Assembly: GCA_964580085.1 (NCBI GenBank)
Contig: CAZOJF010000001.1
Location: 1,607-65,606 of the forward strand
Direction of reading: 5' to 3'
Length of the DNA: 64,000 nucleotides
Source: an uncultured Candidatus Saccharibacteria bacterium
GTDB lineage: Bacteria > Patescibacteriota > Minisyncoccia > Minisyncoccales > CG1-02-41-26
The position numbers and the translations under genes were made by a program. The notes below the pieces were generated by a model. That model saw nothing but the letters and a program-made list of their open reading frames with translations. It searched no databases and was not told the DNA's origin. Of the stretch, positions 48,050 through 56,769 are shown in pieces. The stretch's first letter is position 1, and each line of letters opens with the position of its first letter.

Positions 48050-50172
48050 TGGAAATTAATATATTTTTGTACAGAATATTCCCAGCTAGAATATTGAGGA
48101 TCTGAAAATGGATTTTCAGGAAGGGGGCCCGAAGGGTCTTCTTTTTTTACATAATATAGAATCGAATGGGGTTCTACTTGTTCTCCATTTAATATTGGTT
48201 TTTCCACTATGTTTTCTTTTGGTTTTTCAAAGTCTTGTTTTGGAAATTTTTGCAAAATTTCATTCATAAAGTTATGCCAGATAGGGCCAGCTAATGAAAC
48301 TCCTGGTTTTTTTGTTGGAGAGTTGTCATTATTTCCTACCCAAACCCCGGTTACTATTGAGGGAGTATAACCAATCGCCCAGGCATTATTTAAGAATTGA
48401 GTAGTTCCCGTTTTAACAGCGACATCATAATCTTTAAAATTTAAAACAGAGTTATATCCGAACACTGGAGAACGAGCTTCATTGTCGGACAATATATTAT
48501 TTAATTGTTTTACGGGTTGGGGAGGTAAAATTTTTGATTCACTAATTTTTGTTTGTTCAATAATATTATTATTATTATCTTCTATCCTCTTAATAAAGCT
48601 TAAAGGTATTTTTGTTCCGTTATTAGCAAAAACCGAGTAGGCCTCAACCATTTCTATTAGTTTTACTTCTCCTCCTCCTAGGACTAGGGATAGACCATAA
48701 ATTCCTTCATCTCCTAAGGTTGTAATTCCTAATTTTTTTGCTAAATCTATTGAATTTTTAACCCCCACTAAATATAAAACTTTAACTGCCGGAAGATTTA
48801 CAGATTGAGCCAGGGCACTTCTTAAACTTATAATTCCTGAGAACCGATTATTATAATTTCTAGGATGATAACATCCTAAGCCATATTTATCACATTCTTG
48901 GTTGGCGTCTGGCGAACAATCGGGATTGAATTCAGTGGCTACATTCCAAATTAGTGTTTCGGGAGTGTAACCATTTAAAAGAGCCTGTAGATAAACTATT
49001 GGCTTAAAGGCTGAACCAGGCTGCCTTAAACTGAAGACTACATTCACTTTAGGGTCAAATTTACATTGGTTTGTTTCCCCTGAACATTGTTCAGATTCTC
49101 CATACCAATCTTTAGAACCAACCATTGCTAAAATATCGCCAGTTTTAACATCAACGCTAACCAGGGCTCCATTATAGGCATCATATATTTCTAATTTATC
49201 AACGCCATTTTTAATGATTTCTTCGGCTTTTTCCTGTAAATCAGCGTCCAAGGTTGTATAAACTTTTAACCCGGCAGTATCCAAAAAATCTTTCCCATAT
49301 TTGTTTTCTAGATAAGATTTAATATACATAACAAAATGGGGAGCTTTTATCGTTTTAGGGTTAAATACAAATTTAATTTCTTTTTCTCTTGCTTCTTTTT
49401 CTTGTTCTTTGGTAATATAATTTAATTCCCTCATTCTTCCCAAAACATAATTTTTTCTATCTAATAATTCATCAACATGGTCTCCTTGGGGCCAAAAATA
49501 AGAAGGGGCCCTAATAATAGCAGCCATTAAAGCTGCTTCTTCTAGTGTAATGTCGGAAATGTGTTTTCCAAAAAAGGTTTGGGATGTTGCCTCAACCCCG
49601 TAAAGATTTGAGCCAAAAGGTATTATATTCAAATACCATTCTAAAATTTGATCTTTAGAATATCTTCTTTCTAATTCTAGGGTTAATGTAATCTCTTGGG
49701 TTTTTCTTTTTAAAGTTTTTTTAGTTGTTAAAAAATATGAACGGATTAACTGTTGAGTGATTGTTGATGCTCCGTGGAGTGGCTTTCTAATCTTTAAATC
49801 TATTAAAATAGCTCGTAATATTGCCTGGACATCTATGCCTTGATGTTTATAAAAGTTTTTATCTTCTGTTGAGATTACGGCCCATTTTAAATTATCTGGG
49901 ATTTCAGATAAAGAGACCAATGTTCTTTTTTCGGCTCCAGCAATTTCATATAAGAGAACTTCTCCACTTCGATCATAAATCTTTGTTGATTGGGGGATAA
50001 TGCCTTCATCAAATTTTTCGGGTCTTGGCAAGTCCTTAATATTGAGAATAAATAAAAAAATTGCGGAAAATAAAAAAACGCAAAATAAAATCAAAGATAT
50101 TTTCAAAAACAGAAAGAGAATATGGTTTTTATTTTTTCTAAAAACTTTTTTCTGATAAATTCTTCTAGCCAT
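48046..50172 (-). CDS. Class A penicillin-binding protein (GT51 transglycosylase + transpeptidase)
   Basis: N-terminal TM. GT51 motifs EDKNFYKHQGID and GASTITQQL. Transpeptidase motifs SAFKP and KTGT. 708 aa. Confidence 0.85.
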   Translation of the reverse strand: MARRIYQKKVFRKNKNHILFLFLKISLILFCVFLFSAIFLFILNIKDLPRPEKFDEGIIPQSTKIYDRSGEVLLYEIAGAEKRTLVSLSEIPDNLKWAVISTEDKNFYKHQGIDVQAILRAILIDLKIRKPLHGASTITQQLIRSYFLTTKKTLKRKTQEITLTLELERRYSKDQILEWYLNIIPFGSNLYGVEATSQTFFGKHISDITLEEAALMAAIIRAPSYFWPQGDHVDELLDRKNYVLGRMRELNYITKEQEKEAREKEIKFVFNPKTIKAPHFVMYIKSYLENKYGKDFLDTAGLKVYTTLDADLQEKAEEIIKNGVDKLEIYDAYNGALVSVDVKTGDILAMVGSKDWYGESEQCSGETNQCKFDPKVNVVFSLRQPGSAFKPIVYLQALLNGYTPETLIWNVATEFNPDCSPDANQECDKYGLGCYHPRNYNNRFSGIISLRSALAQSVNLPAVKVLYLVGVKNSIDLAKKLGITTLGDEGIYGLSLVLGGGEVKLIEMVEAYSVFANNGTKIPLSFIKRIEDNNNNIIEQTKISESKILPPQPVKQLNNILSDNEARSPVFGYNSVLNFKDYDVAVKTGTTQFLNNAWAIGYTPSIVTGVWVGNNDNSPTKKPGVSLAGPIWHNFMNEILQKFPKQDFEKPKENIVEKPILNGEQVEPHSILYYVKKEDPSGPLPENPFSDPQYSSWEYSVQKYINFH

Positions 50173-50273
50173 ATATTATAATGATAACATATTTTATTTT
50201 TGAAATCTTGGTGTATTGGAAAGCCCTGCTGAAAGCAGGGCTTAACGATTATTCTTTTTCTGTGTCGGCTTTC

Positions 50274-50495
50274 CTATTCTTCCTCATCATCGCTACTTTC
50301 TTTTTCCTCTTCTTCTTTTTCTTCTCCTTTTTCCTCTTCTTCTTTTTCTTCTCCTTCTTCCTCTTCTTCTTCTTTCTCTTCTCCTTCTTCCTCTTCTTCT
50401 TTCTCTTCTCCTGCTTCTTCAGTCTCGGTTTCTTCTGTGTTTTCTTCGTCGTCTTCGCTAACAAATGGGTTTAAAATATTGTCTTGAATTTCCAT
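50274..50495 (-). CDS. Putative small highly acidic protein (Glu-rich repeats)
   Basis: MEIQDNILNPFVSEDDEENTEETETEEAGEEKEEEEEGEEKEEEEEEGEEKEEEEKGEEKEEEEKESSDDEEE. It has a non-repetitive N-terminus, but the coding status of a low-complexity repeat is uncertain. The alternative Lys-rich frame was rejected. Confidence 0.3.
   Translation of the reverse strand: MEIQDNILNPFVSEDDEENTEETETEEAGEEKEEEEEGEEKEEEEEEGEEKEEEEKGEEKEEEEKESSDDEEE
50280..50460. repeat. Tandem ~27-nt direct repeats (CT-rich on the plus strand) encoding poly-Glu/Lys low-complexity sequence
   Basis: Units such as cctcttcttctttttcttctccttttt recur about six times. All three minus-strand frames are open across the repeat. Confidence 0.7.
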
Positions 50496-50606
50496 ATGAA
50501 TTTAAATTTATTAAATTGAATTGAATTTTTTAAGCCGACCTTTTAGTATATGTAAAGCATTATAATGTTCTGGAGAGAGTTGTCAAGACCTTTAAAAATA
50601 AATCAG

Positions 50607-50936
50607 TTATTTTTTAACCGCTAAGCGCTTTTCCATTTTTATGTCAATTTTTTCTTTTTTAAAAGTCTTCTTTTTTTGATTCCAGGCCCAGATTTCAACA
50701 GGAAGTTCTACGTTGGATTTTTTAACAAAATCAGTTATTTTTTTCCTGCGGGCTGAAAGGTTTGAAACGGTAGTTATTTGGATATTTTTTTTCTTTTTCC
50801 CCTTAATGGCCAATAGATCAATAATTCCGAAAACATCATTTTGTTGATATTTTACTTTTGAAGGATACCAAACAATCCAGCCGTCCTTTTCCAATATCTC
50901 GACTATTTTTTTTCTTATTTGGGCTTCTTTAGGCAT
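50607..50936 (-). CDS. Hypothetical protein, possible PD-(D/E)xK nuclease fold
   Basis: 109 aa. DVFGIIDLLAIKGKKK resembles a D...(D/E)xK nuclease core. The assignment is weak. Confidence 0.3.
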   Translation of the reverse strand: MPKEAQIRKKIVEILEKDGWIVWYPSKVKYQQNDVFGIIDLLAIKGKKKKNIQITTVSNLSARRKKITDFVKKSNVELPVEIWAWNQKKKTFKKEKIDIKMEKRLAVKK

Positions 50937-50947
50937 AAATTAGATTT

Positions 50948-51691
50948 TTAATTACTTTTTAAGTTAGAATAAATATTTTGAACATCATCGTTCTCATCTA
51001 GTTCCTCAAAAAACTTTTCGCAAGTATTTTTTTCTTTTTCATCAATATTTATATCGTCTTTTGCTATCCACCCTAGGCAAGAAGAGTCAATTTCTAATTT
51101 TTTATTAATTAAATTTTCTTTAACCCTTTCTAACTCTTCTGTCTCTGTATAAATATCCAGAATATTTTCTTTTTCGTCATAGTCAATATCTTCTGCTCCA
51201 GATTCTATGGCAATTAATTCGATTGATGATTTATCTTTATTAGGAGACGTTTCTTCATTGTTAATTTGTAAAGTTATAATTCCTTTTCTTTCAAATAACC
51301 ATTTTACAGAGCCGGATTCTGCTAGTTTGCCATTATATTTTTGAAGAATATTTTTTATTTCACCCAACGTTCTGTTTCTGTTATCTGTTATACACTCAAT
51401 AATAACTGCAATCCCTCTTGGTCCAAATGCTTCATAAGTTATTTCCTCTAGTCTCTTCCCTTCTATTTCTCCGGTACCTCTTTTGATTGCCCTCTCGATT
51501 TTATCTTTTGGCATATTAAACTTTTTAGCTTCATCCAATACTTGTCTTAATTTAGAATTAGAGGCTGGGTCTACCCCGTCTTTTACGGTAACCGAAATCA
51601 TTCGGGCAAATTTTGAAAAAATTCTCCCCCTTTTTTCATCTTCTATGGCTTTTTTGTGTTTTATACTTGAAAAATGCGAATGGCCTGACAT
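50948..51691 (-). CDS. yebC: YebC/PmpR family DNA-binding transcriptional regulator
   Basis: MSGHSHFSSIKHKKAIEDEKRGRIFSKFARMISVTVKDGVDPASNSKLRQVLDEAKKFNMPKDKIERAIKRG matches the YebC N-terminus almost motif-for-motif. Confidence 0.9.
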   Translation of the reverse strand: MSGHSHFSSIKHKKAIEDEKRGRIFSKFARMISVTVKDGVDPASNSKLRQVLDEAKKFNMPKDKIERAIKRGTGEIEGKRLEEITYEAFGPRGIAVIIECITDNRNRTLGEIKNILQKYNGKLAESGSVKWLFERKGIITLQINNEETSPNKDKSSIELIAIESGAEDIDYDEKENILDIYTETEELERVKENLINKKLEIDSSCLGWIAKDDINIDEKEKNTCEKFFEELDENDDVQNIYSNLKSN

Positions 51692-51746
51692 ATATTTATC
51701 AATTTACATTTTAATATTTTTATCTTACTTTAAAACAATTTTAAAA

Positions 51747-52373
51747 TCAATATTCTTTTTCGATTTTCTTTTTTAAAAACAAAACAAAAATCCCAGAAGA
51801 AGTAGCCACAGATAAGGCAATCAAGAAAGTAAAAAATGAACTTTGTCTTTTGTTCTCTTGACGATCTTCTAGTATTGTTGCCTTTTTATTATTTTGTTCG
51901 GCAAGGGACGAGATTAGCACAGGTTTTTCTTTATCATTAATTTTTTGTCCTTTACTATTTTCATTTTTAGGAGTCCCTCCAGAATTTTCACTTGTTTGCC
52001 AGTTTTCTAGGTTACCCCCATTAATCAAAACATTTTTCCTTTCCATTGTTTTTTTAGTCTCATTGTCGCCAAAAAACCATTTTTTTGAACAATCTATTCC
52101 ATCTATTATTTTTTTATTTTGATCAATTAGTTTTAAATATTCTCCGTTATTATTTAAACTGCCTTTGTATATTAAATCAGAATCGATGCTTACTAATGTA
52201 GTTTCATTAGTTCTTTCCAAAATAAAAAATCCCTTAGCTGGGATTTTATTTTTTAAAATAATATTTGGAGTTTTATCATTGCTTATTATCTCCCACCCCT
52301 CTAAGTCTATTGGAGATGACGAATTATTATATAATTCGATCCATTCGTCGTTAGCAGAATTTTCAGTTCCCAT
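51747..52373 (-). CDS. Lamin-tail-domain (LTD) protein with a C-terminal membrane anchor
   Basis: EWIELYNNSSSPIDLEGWEI... is the LTD signature. C-terminal TM (FFTFLIALSVATSSGIFVLFL). 208 aa. Confidence 0.6.
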   Translation of the reverse strand: MGTENSANDEWIELYNNSSSPIDLEGWEIISNDKTPNIILKNKIPAKGFFILERTNETTLVSIDSDLIYKGSLNNNGEYLKLIDQNKKIIDGIDCSKKWFFGDNETKKTMERKNVLINGGNLENWQTSENSGGTPKNENSKGQKINDKEKPVLISSLAEQNNKKATILEDRQENKRQSSFFTFLIALSVATSSGIFVLFLKKKIEKEY

Positions 52374-52507
52374 CCAAGCAATTTCATTTAGAACAACGTC
52401 TAAATATTCAGCGCCTAATATCTGGACAGGGTATATTATGCTTAAAACGAGGACAATAATAAATTTTAAAGAATTATTTATTATGTTTCTAAGTTAGTTA
52501 AGGGGGG

Positions 52508-52536
52508 TTGACAAACTTTTAGAATTGTAGTAGAAT
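52508..52536 (+). promoter_or_regulatory. Sigma70-like promoter (TTGACA-17 nt-TAGAAT) with no downstream plus-strand ORF
   Basis: TTGACA at 52508-52513, a 17-nt spacer, and TAGAAT at 52531-52536. Confidence 0.5.
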
Positions 52537-52542
52537 AACTAA

Positions 52543-52670
52543 AGAGTCCAAAACTGGATAGGAGTCTCTACTCGGAATGGAAAATTTAGCTCCGGCTCGA
52601 TTAATCCCCAGGGAAATTCTGACTTTAAACTATATTTAAAGAAAATGTCCAGTTTTGGGCTCTTTTTATT
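52543..52670 (+). ncRNA. Candidate small structured ncRNA of about 125 nt, family unidentified
   Basis: Begins about 7 nt after the -10 element. The 5' AGAGUCCAAAACUGG (52543-52557) pairs with the 3' CCAGUUUUGGGCUCU (52649-52663) to form a 15-bp terminal helix, followed by a UUUUUAUU tract. Internal hairpins are present (GGAA loop; CAGGGAAAUUCUG; UUUAAACUAUAUUUAAA). No ORF is present. Confidence 0.4.
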
Positions 52671-52672
52671 GG

Positions 52673-53968
52673 TTAATTTTTTGTTGTTCTATCCACTTCT
52701 TCTATTGTTGTTTCTCCTTTTAAAACTTTCATTAGGCCATCTTCTCTCATCAAAACCATACCTCTCTTGCGGGCAATTTTTCTCAAATCAGCCACAGAAG
52801 GAGATTTTAGAATAATGTTTTCCATTTCGTCGTCTTTCAAAAAAAACTCAAATATTCCGGTTATCCCCTTATACCCTGTAAAATTACAATCTGGGCATCC
52901 TTGAACTCGGGCGATTTTTAAGTCTTTATTTATTTTAGGCACTTTTATCTTCTTTTCTAGTGGGCTTAACTCTTTTTTTAACATTTTTATTTCTTCTTTT
53001 GTAGGGGGAGAGTATTTAACGCATTTTTTACAAACTTTTCTCACCAATCTTTGGGCAATAACAATATTTATAGCCGGTCCGATGTTAATAGCTTTTTCTC
53101 CTAAGGATTGTAGCCTAGCAATTGTTCCCGCAGCGTCATTAGTATGTAGGGTTGTTAAAACTAAATGTCCCGTGAGCGAGGCTTGTAAGGCAATTTTTGC
53201 TGTTTCATGGTCTCTTATTTCCCCAACTAAGATTACGTCAGGGTCTTGTCTGACAATCGCTCGCAGCCCATTCAAAAAGGTATACCCTTTTTCGGCGTCA
53301 ACTTGAGTTTGAGATATTCCTTTAATTTGATATTCAATTGGGTCTTCTATAGTTATAACCTTAATTTCTGGGTTTTGGATTCTTTTTAGGGCAGCATATA
53401 AGGTTGTTGTTTTCCCTGACCCAGTAGGGCCGGTTACGATTATCATTCCATTTAATTTTTTAATCTCTTTTTTAAACTGATTAAAAATATCTTTTCTTAT
53501 TCCTAGTTCCTCAATTTCTACGATCTTTTCCGGATTTAATATTCTCATGACCACAGACTCCCCATTTTTACAGGGTAGCACAGATGTTCTTATTTCCACT
53601 TCTTTCCCATCAGTCAAGATAGTAAACCTGCCGTCTTGAGCTTTTTTTGTAACATTTAATTTAACTCCTGATAAAAGTTTAATCCGAGAGAGTAGAAAAT
53701 GATATATTTTATGTTCTATAAATAAAACATCATGCAAAATCCCATCAACTCTAACCCTTATCTTTATGCCTGTTTCTTCTGGCTCCATATGTATGTCAGA
53801 AGCACCAAGACATATTCCACCAGCAAAAATAGTTTCTAAAATCCGGCTTGTTTCTTTTCCTAATATTCTTTCAATTTGATTTTTAAAATCGGAAACGTTT
53901 TTAACATTTTTTTCAATGTTAAAAGAAACATCTTTACTTATTTCTATTTGCCCACCAATTTTTTTCAT
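52673..53968 (-). CDS. GspE/PilB-family secretion ATPase (type IV pilus / type II secretion)
   Basis: Walker A VTGPTGSGKTTTLYA, Asp/His boxes, and a C-terminal tetracysteine motif (CKKCVK...CPDCNFTGYKG). At 431 aa the N-terminal domain is shorter than in PilB. Confidence 0.8.
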   Translation of the reverse strand: MKKIGGQIEISKDVSFNIEKNVKNVSDFKNQIERILGKETSRILETIFAGGICLGASDIHMEPEETGIKIRVRVDGILHDVLFIEHKIYHFLLSRIKLLSGVKLNVTKKAQDGRFTILTDGKEVEIRTSVLPCKNGESVVMRILNPEKIVEIEELGIRKDIFNQFKKEIKKLNGMIIVTGPTGSGKTTTLYAALKRIQNPEIKVITIEDPIEYQIKGISQTQVDAEKGYTFLNGLRAIVRQDPDVILVGEIRDHETAKIALQASLTGHLVLTTLHTNDAAGTIARLQSLGEKAINIGPAINIVIAQRLVRKVCKKCVKYSPPTKEEIKMLKKELSPLEKKIKVPKINKDLKIARVQGCPDCNFTGYKGITGIFEFFLKDDEMENIILKSPSVADLRKIARKRGMVLMREDGLMKVLKGETTIEEVDRTTKN

Positions 53969-53982
53969 ATAATTACAAATAA

Positions 53983-54963
53983 TTAACTTTCAATTATTTT
54001 TAAAATTTTATCTCTAGCTTCTGGGATATATTCCTCACGGATAAAGAAAAGAATTCCATTCCCTTTTTGCTTTCCCTCAAATCTTTCTAATATTTTTTTA
54101 CTCAATGTCTTATCCGGAGAATAAAAAATACCCTTAGTTATAATTGGAGAATTTTTTTCTTTCCAAAGAATTAAAAAGTCTTTTATAGCCGGAAATTCAT
54201 CTTTTAATTTGGCAGACGCAAACGATAAGTCAGATGGGTGAGAATTAGTTTCTTCAAAATCTTCGTCTTCTAAAATAACGCAAGCGATATTCTTTTCTCC
54301 TTTAATTTTAATTTTTTTTAGGATTTTTTCAAAAAGAAGAGATTGAGATGATTCTAAGTAATTATTTCCTTCATGCTCTCCTTGCCTGATCGTCTTTAAA
54401 AGTTTAACTATTATGCTAGAGAGCATTGTACTAGGCATTTCTTTTAAGTTAATATTGCCAAACTCGGTATTCTCAACCTGGTTGTCAATATTTAGAATAT
54501 TAGAAAAGTTATTTTGAAAGTTGTTTTCTATCCCCGAAAAGTTTTTAACACCTAATGTTATTAAAAGATCTGCATGAGAGAACAATTTATTCTGTATAAA
54601 ATCATTATTTTCGAAACAAATATCTTCTTTCTTAATCATTCTGCCGTTAGATGTTTTCAAATATATCTTTAATTCATTTTCTGTTTTTTCATAAGATACC
54701 TGAGACACCTTTGTTTTCTTCTCGTTGACAGAAATAATAAAGTCATCTCTTAAAAGAGAATTCTCTTGAGAATTTTGAGACAAAAAATGAAGATCATCAG
54801 GCGCTTTATCTAAAACTAAATTTACTTTTTTATTGAGTTTTTTTAAGGCATAAAAAAGAGCTACAGAAGCAGAGAAACTGTCAGCCCTGAGGTCTTGAGA
54901 AGGAAGAATATGAATGTCTTTAGCGTCTCGAATAAGTTTTTTAGCTTGTTCGTATTTTTCCAT
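53983..54963 (-). CDS. Hypothetical protein, possible degenerate DHH-family (NrnA-like) domain
   Basis: The N-terminal DIHILPSQDLRADSFSASVALFYAL resembles the DHH motif-I region, but the catalytic Asp/His residues are substituted. 326 aa. Confidence 0.3.
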   Translation of the reverse strand: MEKYEQAKKLIRDAKDIHILPSQDLRADSFSASVALFYALKKLNKKVNLVLDKAPDDLHFLSQNSQENSLLRDDFIISVNEKKTKVSQVSYEKTENELKIYLKTSNGRMIKKEDICFENNDFIQNKLFSHADLLITLGVKNFSGIENNFQNNFSNILNIDNQVENTEFGNINLKEMPSTMLSSIIVKLLKTIRQGEHEGNNYLESSQSLLFEKILKKIKIKGEKNIACVILEDEDFEETNSHPSDLSFASAKLKDEFPAIKDFLILWKEKNSPIITKGIFYSPDKTLSKKILERFEGKQKGNGILFFIREEYIPEARDKILKIIES

Positions 54964-55004
54964 AATATTTATCTTAAATTAACCCATTTTTCTTTCAAAG
55001 TCAA

Positions 55005-55484
55005 TTGATTTATGCTAATAATAGAATTATGAAACAAAAATATATTACTCATTCTGCAATTCAAACAAAAGGGTTAGGGAAGAGAATAGCTGAAAAAATA
55101 TTAAACCATTCTGAAAAAATAGAAAGAGCTGTTATTGTCTCTCTTAAGGGAGAATTGGGGAGCGGGAAGACAACCTTTGTTCAGGGGTTTGCCAAAGGGC
55201 TAAAGATTAAAAACGCAATTTTAAGCCCTACATTTGTTTTGATGAAAAAATACAAAATACCAAATACAAAAAAGCAATTTTATCATCTTGATTGCTATAG
55301 AATCAAAAAAGTGCAAGATTTATCTGCACTTAATTTAAAAAAGCTTTTTTCAGATCCTCAAAACATTATTGCCATTGAATGGCCTGAGAAAATAAAAAGT
55401 ATCTTGCCTAAAGATACAATTGTTTTAGAGTTTAAGTTCATAAATCAAAATCAAAGAAGCATTAAAGTAAAAAATATATTTTGA
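55005..55484 (+). CDS. tsaE: tRNA threonylcarbamoyladenosine biosynthesis protein TsaE
   Basis: VIVSLKGELGSGKTTFVQGFAKGL...SPTFVLMKKY is the TsaE/YjeE P-loop signature. The start may be the internal Met at 55029. Confidence 0.8.
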   Translation: MIYANNRIMKQKYITHSAIQTKGLGKRIAEKILNHSEKIERAVIVSLKGELGSGKTTFVQGFAKGLKIKNAILSPTFVLMKKYKIPNTKKQFYHLDCYRIKKVQDLSALNLKKLFSDPQNIIAIEWPEKIKSILPKDTIVLEFKFINQNQRSIKVKNIF

Positions 55485-55488
55485 TTTT

Positions 55489-56769
55489 TTATGGGTTGCA
55501 AAAAACAGTTGCTATTTTAGGTTTTCTCCCGTCTTCTGGATGGGGAAGATAAACATAGCTCCCCTTTAGGCTTGGATAACATCCTTCTCCTTTGAAAATA
55601 TGTGACCTTCCGCTGAAATCTTTTTTAGTATTAAATATAACCCAGCAACCTTTTTTAATTTCAAAGGAAAGAACATCCCATGCATTAAATTCTACGGATT
55701 TCCCAAATTTATTAAATTGGGACAAAGACAGAGAACCTCCACCAGGCGAATCGCCTGCTTTTATTTCTTCGCTATGCCCATTTTCTTCTTTTTCAGCACA
55801 TTCAATATCATCATAAAAAGTTACGCTTCCTCCAGATGAGGATTGACTTATAGGAACAACGTTTGAAACATCAATTGAAGAGATAGTGCCTTTTACATTA
55901 TTTATGTTAAAATCTTTTTCAGAGATAGCAACGCCGATACCGTGTTCTCCTTCAAACATGGGATCTGAGAATAAGATTGATAAATATGAAAATTCGTCCT
56001 CTAAGTCTTTTATCATTATTGATTCTATTTCATTATCATAACTTTTAATTTCATCAGCGCTTGTTTGTAGAAAAAGAGGCGGCGGCGGAGTGCCATGTCC
56101 GGCTTTGGTATATAAATAAACTCCAGGGTCATGCCAAAGAAAATAAATAGATTTTACATTGCTTACGGAGTAAGATCCTCCGTTATTTTTCTTTTCCTCT
56201 GAATTCTTTCCATTAAAAGTTTCTTCAGAACAAATAAAAACGGAAAGTAATTGATCTTTGTCACTTATAAACTTTAAAGAGGCAGCTTTAAATGAAATTC
56301 CATTTTTACTATCAGCCATATAATATTCTTCGCCTTGATTGTTTATCAAATATATCCCTGAAATTGGCTCAACGTCTTGTATACTTGGCGCTACTATTTC
56401 GGGGTTAATAGTGGATAAAATTAAATAAGAGCACAATATAATAAATAGACCCGCAATACCAGAAGACAACCATGTTCTGGCATCTTTTTTTGCGCTTGGA
56501 TTGTCAAACGAAAGTAAATAGCGGATTCCGCCATAGATAAAGACAGCAAAAGCAATCACAGCCGCGATTATCAATCCAAGGCTGAAAAAGTATACAGCGT
56601 ATCCTGATATTGTGGTTGAAGTGGTTATTTCTATTCCGTTTAATGGCGGGTATTTAACTTCCAATCCTCTTTTCCCTGTATTATCGGCAAAAGCGAAAGA
56701 ACTTACTGAAAAGTACAAAAGCAGGGCAAGGAGTAAAAAAATAACTAATTTTAATTTGTTTAATTTCAT
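55489..56769 (-). CDS. Pilin-domain fusion protein, paralog A (N-terminal TrbC/VirB2-like pilin core + ~300-aa C-terminal domain)
   Basis: MKLNKLKLVIF... signal peptide, then GIEITTSTTISGYAVYFFSLGLIIAAVIAFAVFIYGGIRY..GIAGLFIILCSYLILSTIN. This is two hydrophobic helices around an IYGG turn, as in TrbC/VirB2 pilins. Start placed at MKLNKL (56767-56769), which overlaps the upstream gene's stop by 1 nt. Confidence 0.55.
   Translation of the reverse strand: MKLNKLKLVIFLLLALLLYFSVSSFAFADNTGKRGLEVKYPPLNGIEITTSTTISGYAVYFFSLGLIIAAVIAFAVFIYGGIRYLLSFDNPSAKKDARTWLSSGIAGLFIILCSYLILSTINPEIVAPSIQDVEPISGIYLINNQGEEYYMADSKNGISFKAASLKFISDKDQLLSVFICSEETFNGKNSEEKKNNGGSYSVSNVKSIYFLWHDPGVYLYTKAGHGTPPPPLFLQTSADEIKSYDNEIESIMIKDLEDEFSYLSILFSDPMFEGEHGIGVAISEKDFNINNVKGTISSIDVSNVVPISQSSSGGSVTFYDDIECAEKEENGHSEEIKAGDSPGGGSLSLSQFNKFGKSVEFNAWDVLSFEIKKGCWVIFNTKKDFSGRSHIFKGEGCYPSLKGSYVYLPHPEDGRKPKIATVFCNP

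Noticed and set aside
50213-50239. Perfect hairpin AAGCCCTGC-TGAAA-GCAGGGCTT considered as a rho-independent terminator
   Set aside because: No adjacent U-tract on the minus strand, where the flanking genes lie. A T-run on the plus strand begins only after 9 nt and no plus-strand gene precedes it. Kept as an unexplained hairpin.
50249-50464. Lys/Arg-rich 71-aa ORF (KKKKRKKEKRKK...) in another frame of the tandem repeat
   Set aside because: It is produced by the same CT-rich repeat. It has no non-repetitive N-terminus and no Met context. It is an artefact of low-complexity DNA being open in all frames.
52543-52670. Assignment of the candidate ncRNA to SRP RNA or RNase P RNA
   Set aside because: There is a GGAA loop and a CUCCGGCUCGA stretch, but the conserved SRP domain IV (GGAAGCAGCC) and RNase P P4 (GGAAAGUCCGG / ACAGAANCCGGCUUA) motifs are not present by eye, and the length is too short for RNase P RNA. 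Left as an unidentified candidate.
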